A stretch of 26,697 bases of DNA from Wallemia ichthyophaga EXF-994 (taxonomy: Eukaryota > Fungi > Basidiomycota). Location of the stretch: the NCBI RefSeq assembly GCF_000400465.1, contig NW_008806274.1, positions 1-26,697 of the forward strand, read 5' to 3'. Made by a program: the position numbers and the translations under genes. Under the pieces are notes generated by a model. The model saw only the letters and a list, made by a program, of their open reading frames with translations, had not been told where the DNA came from and did not search any database. Every line of letters starts with the position of its first letter. The stretch's first letter is position 1. Below are positions 21,984 through 26,697 of the stretch, in pieces.

Positions 21984-24414
21984 ATGAGACATATCGCAAG
22001 TCCACAACGTCATCGTAAAATGATATCGCTGGTTGATCAATTGCCGTCATCAATGATCTCTGAAGAAACCTCGAAAGCTAACAAGAGGCCGAAGATCGTG
22101 AGAGCTGTGAGTGCGCTGGTTACGATATACCATTCTAACACCAAGCCAGTGCGAAGGATGCAGGTGAATAGGTAGTAATTTCGGGAATATCGTCTGACTA
22201 GAGCCAGGAGAAGGAAAATTAAATGCAATGCCGACATCACTTATCCTAGTAAATGCTCGAACTGCAAAAACATCGAGTGTATTTATACAACCAAGGGCTT
22301 TCAAAGACCTAGCTACGTTAGCGAATTGGAATTGAAGCTCAGGAATAGTGAGGGTTTGAACGAAGATTACAAAAATCTCCTCGAGAAGTTCGTCCCTCAG
22401 GAAGTCACGGAATCTGCTAAGCGGAAGTGGTCCGGCTCCTCACCCAGCTTTCAGAAACACTCGGAAGCTGCCGATATTCATGATGGCTTTTACGTCGATG
22501 AGTCAATGGAGAATTGCAGGCACAATGGAATAACGACACAAAATCAACCAGAAAAACAAAAAAGATTCTTTGGAAAGGCAAGCATTCGTGGGCTCATCGA
22601 AAGATTGAGCAATTATACTGGATTCTCCCCAACAGCCCTTTTAAGCGGCAAGAGACCTCGCTTTTGGCAGGAAGAGATTCTTATAGATGGTTTAGACCAT
22701 CTTCCTCCTGACTTGTTGAGTCCCAGTTTGGTAGAGTCTTTAGTAGACCTTTACTTTGAAAAAATTAACCGTTCAATCCCGCTGCTCAGCAAGAAGCGCT
22801 TCGTCGCAGGCATAGCTTACCGTAGAAACGAGAGGAATTTTGAGGCTCTTTTTATGTTAGTCCTGGCATTGGGAGCTCAATACTCAAACGATGAGCGTGT
22901 ACTGATTGAGGGCCAACATCAGTTTTTAGCAGGACTCAGATACCACAGTATAGGAAAAAGCAAAATGATCGATCCGTACATAGACGTGGCGACTATAGAA
23001 GATATTCAGGCTCTAATTTTGCTCCAGATATATGTTCAAAAAGGCATTCATTCGAGGAGCGGGTGGATGATTCACGGTAATACTGTTTTGCTTGCTCATG
23101 ATATCGGCTTGCATTTGCGTTTCGTTGACTTTAATATTGCTCCACATGATCTAGAGCTGAGAAAAAGGGCGTATTGGTCGCTGTATCTCATGGATCGAGT
23201 GCAGGCTTCCACATTTGGACGGCAGACGCTCATAAAGGATAATGAAATTAGTCTAGACTTGCCAAAATACCAACTCGGAGATGATGAGTCGGAGTACAGT
23301 GTCTTGTACTTCAACTCTCTCATCGACCTATACAAAATCCATGGCCAGATTATACAAACGATTGTGGGTACCATCGCGCTATCGACACACGAGTTGACAG
23401 TGCGCTAGTACAAATTGAGAAAAACTTCGGATGGAGACGACCTCTTGATGTCTTTGACAGACATTGCGTCGCTCAACTCGAAACTGAACAAGTGGCTAAA
23501 TGAGATTCCACAAAGTTTGGCAGATAGCAAGAGCAACAAGTCAATGGATGATAAAAACGGTAACGATGAATACGTATACCAACTTTACTGTAACCTGAAG
23601 CTAGCGTTTCATGTTGTGCAGGTGAGTACAGCAATGTTCAAAACAACACACATCTAATCATTGCAGATATGTCTCTACAAAACCTTCTTACCAGACCCAC
23701 TCTCGCAGTCGACGTCGAGCTTCAGGTATACCAGCTTGGTGATATGCACAACCTCAGCCCGCAGCATCATTTCTATATACCGCGATATGCTGCTAGAAGA
23801 TAAGCTGCAGCATCTATGGGTAGACCCCACCGTTGCCTGGGGGGTGGGTGTTGTATTAATGAAACGACCTCGCTAACACTATCACACAGCCTTTCAGTGC
23901 CGCACTCATACTCATCATCAGTGCATGCGAAGGCCTCAAGAACAATGATCTGGACACTTCAGTTTTCAGTTACATACAATCGGCTATCCAAGTTCTTAGG
24001 CTGAGGGAGGAGAGGGAGGTACTCAATGGAAGAGCGGTGGATATGATTATGCAAATAATTAAAGCTGTCAATCTGCCAATGGACCAATCGTTCATGCAAA
24101 CGCAGGATAATCTTGTGAGTGTGTCATTTCACGAAAAGCTTACTAATATTAAAATGCAGAGCTATGGAACTTTAACCGACTCCTTCCTTCCACATATGCC
24201 TTTTCTGGACGACTCATCTGAGACGACTCCTAATCAGACTGAGTCGACTGAACAACTGTTCAAAGAACTGCTTGGCCAGGTGCAGTACAACACGATCAAT
24301 GCAGCGACACTAGGAGTCAATGGTACGCCGCCCCTCGATGGTCTGCTGCCGCTAGACATCCAGGATGGGCCAAATGTGCTCGAGACTTTCCTCAGCGGCA
24401 GTGGAGGACTGTAA
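21984..24414 (+). CDS. Zn(II)2Cys6 transcription factor with fungal-specific middle-homology domain (start 21984, 22020 or 22053)
   Basis: Spliced DNA-binding domain KRPKIVRA/CEGCR/RRKIKCNADITYPSKCSNCKNIECIY; middle domain LVDLYFEKINRSIPLL, AHDIGLH, ELRKRAYWSLYLMDRVQASTFGRQ, DLPK. Confidence 0.88.
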
Positions 24415-24507
24415 TAGCGCTAGGACTGTATTAATTTAATGCTATTGTACATCAAATATAGAGATTATTACTTAAGAACTGATAGTCAAAATCTTCATTG
24501 TCCTTTT

Positions 24508-24519
24508 CGGTCTTCTCCG
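24508..24519. promoter_or_regulatory. Candidate Zn2Cys6 site CGG-N6-CCG upstream of the SDR
   Basis: TT-CGG-TCTTCT-CCG in the AT-rich 176-bp gap before the SDR ATG. Confidence 0.3.
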
Positions 24520-24590
24520 CAATGATGTCATTTGGAAGAAAATAATTTGAATGGTTTGGCGATATTCTTACTTCAACAGAAAACATCAAA

Positions 24591-25643
24591 ATGGCCTCAT
24601 TACAAGCAGTAGACTTATTCAATATTAAGGGATGGGTGACAGTGGTCACTGGTGCGTTGACAATGTAGATGTTAGCTTTTGCTGACTCGCAGAGCAGGTG
24701 CTGGATCAGGCGTTGGTAGGATGATGGCGACCTGCTTAGCACAGAATGGTGCTAAGGTGTACATCACTGGTCGTCGCCTTGAGAAGCTCCAGGAGACAGC
24801 GTCTGGATATGAGAGCAGTATTATTCCAGTTGCAGGTGACTCGACAAAGAAGGAGGATATTCAAGCAATCGTCGATCAAATCAGCAAAAAGGAAGATCAC
24901 GTTGACTTGCTCATCAACAACTCCGGCGTGAACACAGTCAGAGCGGAAATGGACGCCAACGACAACTCACCAGAAGCTATCAGCAAGCGCATGATGGACC
25001 AATCATTCGCTGATTGGACTGATCCATACGCAATCAACGTAGCTGCTATCTACTTCACCACTGCAGCCTTCCTCCCTCTACTTATTGCTGCAAACAAGAG
25101 CAGAGGTGCATCTGGAAACGTAATAAATGTTACTTCCGTCTCTGGTATCGTCAAGAACTCACAGGTGGGTGCATCATTTCAATATCAGACCTACTAACAA
25201 AAAAAAAACGCGCAGAATGGTCAATTCAGCTACAACAGCAATAAGGCAGCTGCTGTATCTCTCAGCCATCAGCTTGCACTTGAGTTGGCACGTCCACACA
25301 TCGGCATCAGGGTTAACCAGCTCGCCTTGGGATACTTCCCTAGCCAAGTGAGTAAAAATCATGGCGAGTATTTGAAGCTAACGCGTTTGACAGATGACAT
25401 CAGTTGAAACACAAGGCGAAAGGAGTTTATTTAGAGAAAAATGGCAAATTCCATTCGGTGCGTGGGAGTATACATTTGACACATCTTTTAATTTTATAAT
25501 CAGGCCGTGCTGGCGTTGCAGCAGATCTTGCAAAGATTGTCCTTAACTTGGCCACCAACGAATATCAAACCAACTCCACCGAGATTCTTGACGGTGCTTA
25601 CACTCTCGCATCAGACCGTTTACACTTGGAGAAGTACACGTAA
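24591..25643 (+). CDS. Short-chain dehydrogenase/reductase (classical SDR), multi-intron
   Basis: MASLQAVDLFNIKGWVTVVTG/AGSGVG Rossmann motif, LLINNSG, VINVTSVSG, catalytic YNSNK (QFSYNSNKAA), IRVNQLALGYFPSQ, PFGRAG. Confidence 0.88.
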
Positions 25644-26089
25644 ACGACTTGAATCAATTCAGATGCTTTGACTAGAATATATTTGTATTTATATTTGGCT
25701 TCTGCCCTATGTGATGCCTCTCTTTGTTTTGTTACTGTGATTCTCGCGTGACCTGTTATTACTTTTTTACCGTTCATATTGCTTGCAATGCTTGTAGTGT
25801 TAGGCTTAAATCTTGTCTTAAGATTCAATATAGCCTAATCACATCTTAATGAAGCTTCGCATTTACGCTGTCTTATGTATAAATCTCCATGGCTGCAACT
25901 TGTTGAATAAAAAGGGAGATAAAGTCTGTAGCAGCGTAATTATCTCAGAAGAATATCAGCTAAACGCTTTTTCTAGGTTTTTTTTTCAACACACCACAAT
26001 TGATGTGACTCAGATTGAGTCCTATAATGGAAAGTCGTAAATAGTGATATTTTAGTTTACAATCGTAATTGAATCAAAAGGAAGCGAGT

Positions 26090-26600
26090 CTACCTAATGG
26101 AAATCTTCTTTGGTTCAGATTCGGGCGCGTGTCTTGAGTATCTGAGGGTGAGCAAACCGTTATCGTAGGCGGCGTGAATATTGTCCTCTGTGACGTGCTC
26201 TGGGAGTCTCCACGTTCTGTTGATTGAGGGAGTTGAGTTGAGTTCGCTGATTAAGTATCTTTGCTCGTCCGACTTCTTTGATTCTTCTTCAGCTGGCTTG
26301 CTAGCCTTGACACTTATTTTGTGGTCGTGGATAGAGATTTCTAGCTGCTCCTTCTTGTAACCAGCCAGATCTACTTTCGCTTCGTACGAGTTGTCATGTT
26401 GAATCAGATCGAGTCTGGCAGCTACGTCAGCAAATGAAATCATCGCCATCAACGATTACTTACCTAGCTTTAGATGTAGAAGGAGTAGCGTTATGCTTGA
26501 CTGGTGCATTATCCTTTAAGAAGAATTCTATAGGAAAGTTGAATTCGTTGATTCTGCTTAATTCGTTCAAGTCGCTTGGTTGGTTGTAGAAGATTGTCAT
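26090..26600 (-). CDS. Small heat shock protein (Hsp20/alpha-crystallin domain); intron 26463-26415
   Basis: MTIFYNQP..KAR/LDLIQHDNSYEAKVDLAGYKKEQLEI..NRTWRLPEHV...IHAAYDNGLLTL and C-terminal IXI motif KKISIR*. Confidence 0.9.
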
Positions 26601-26655
26601 TTTGCTGTTGAGAGTAGTAGATGTTGTTGAAAAGCAGCTAAGAGAGCGCCCCAGC

Positions 26656-26662
26656 TTATATA
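26656..26662 (-). promoter_or_regulatory. TATA box of the Hsp20 gene
   Basis: TATATAA on the minus strand about 56 nt upstream of the ATG at 26600. Confidence 0.55.
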
Positions 26663-26683
26663 CCCGTGCGCATCCCCTCGATT

Positions 26684-26697
26684 CTTCTAGCAACTTC
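26684..26697. promoter_or_regulatory. Probable heat shock element (HSE), truncated by window end
   Basis: cTTCt-aGcAa-cTTC: alternating nTTCn/nGAAn pentamers with one mismatch, about 21 nt upstream of the TATA of an Hsp20 gene. Confidence 0.5.

Noticed and set aside
25199-25208. A10 run between branch point and 3' AG in an SDR intron (25165-25215)
   Set aside because: Fungal introns often lack a post-branch pyrimidine tract, and donor, CTAAC and CAG are canonical; also homopolymer length is unreliable.
25644-26089. AT-rich convergent gap and ORFs 25598-25828 and 25849-26040; scanned for snoRNA/tRNA
   Set aside because: No convincing C/D boxes, cloverleaf or coding features; likely 3' UTRs.

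Overview
Eukaryotic (fungal) genomic DNA, very gene-dense, with many short introns (mostly 40-56 nt, GT..CTRAC/CTCAC..YAG). The compact layout, tiny introns and basidiomycete-like proteins suggest Wallemia or a similarly compact basidiomycete (inference, not verified). I can support 16 recognisable protein-coding genes plus one orphan ORF: secreted BBE-like/AA7 FAD oxidase, AP-2 alpha-adaptin, Gtr2/RagC, Cox11, tandem-PH protein, Arl5-like GTPase, Psd1, ubiquitin-eS31 fusion, Yop1, Aco2-type aconitase, Vam7-like PX-SNARE, orphan 112-aa ORF, Apn2, DHA1-type MFS transporter, Zn2Cys6 factor, SDR and Hsp20. I found no rRNA, tRNA, CRISPR array or transposon. Most content is housekeeping and no clearly new multi-gene system is evident. 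The oddities most worth checking are: a YOP1 intron that appears to end in CG instead of AG; head-to-tail gene arrays with 70-170 bp gaps; an MFS-TF-SDR module with CGG/CCG motifs; a shortened Zn2Cys6 spacing; a ubiquitin lacking S20/S57; an Aco2 apparently lacking a presequence; and a His zero-layer in Vam7. Exon boundaries were derived by hand and may be off by a few nt.
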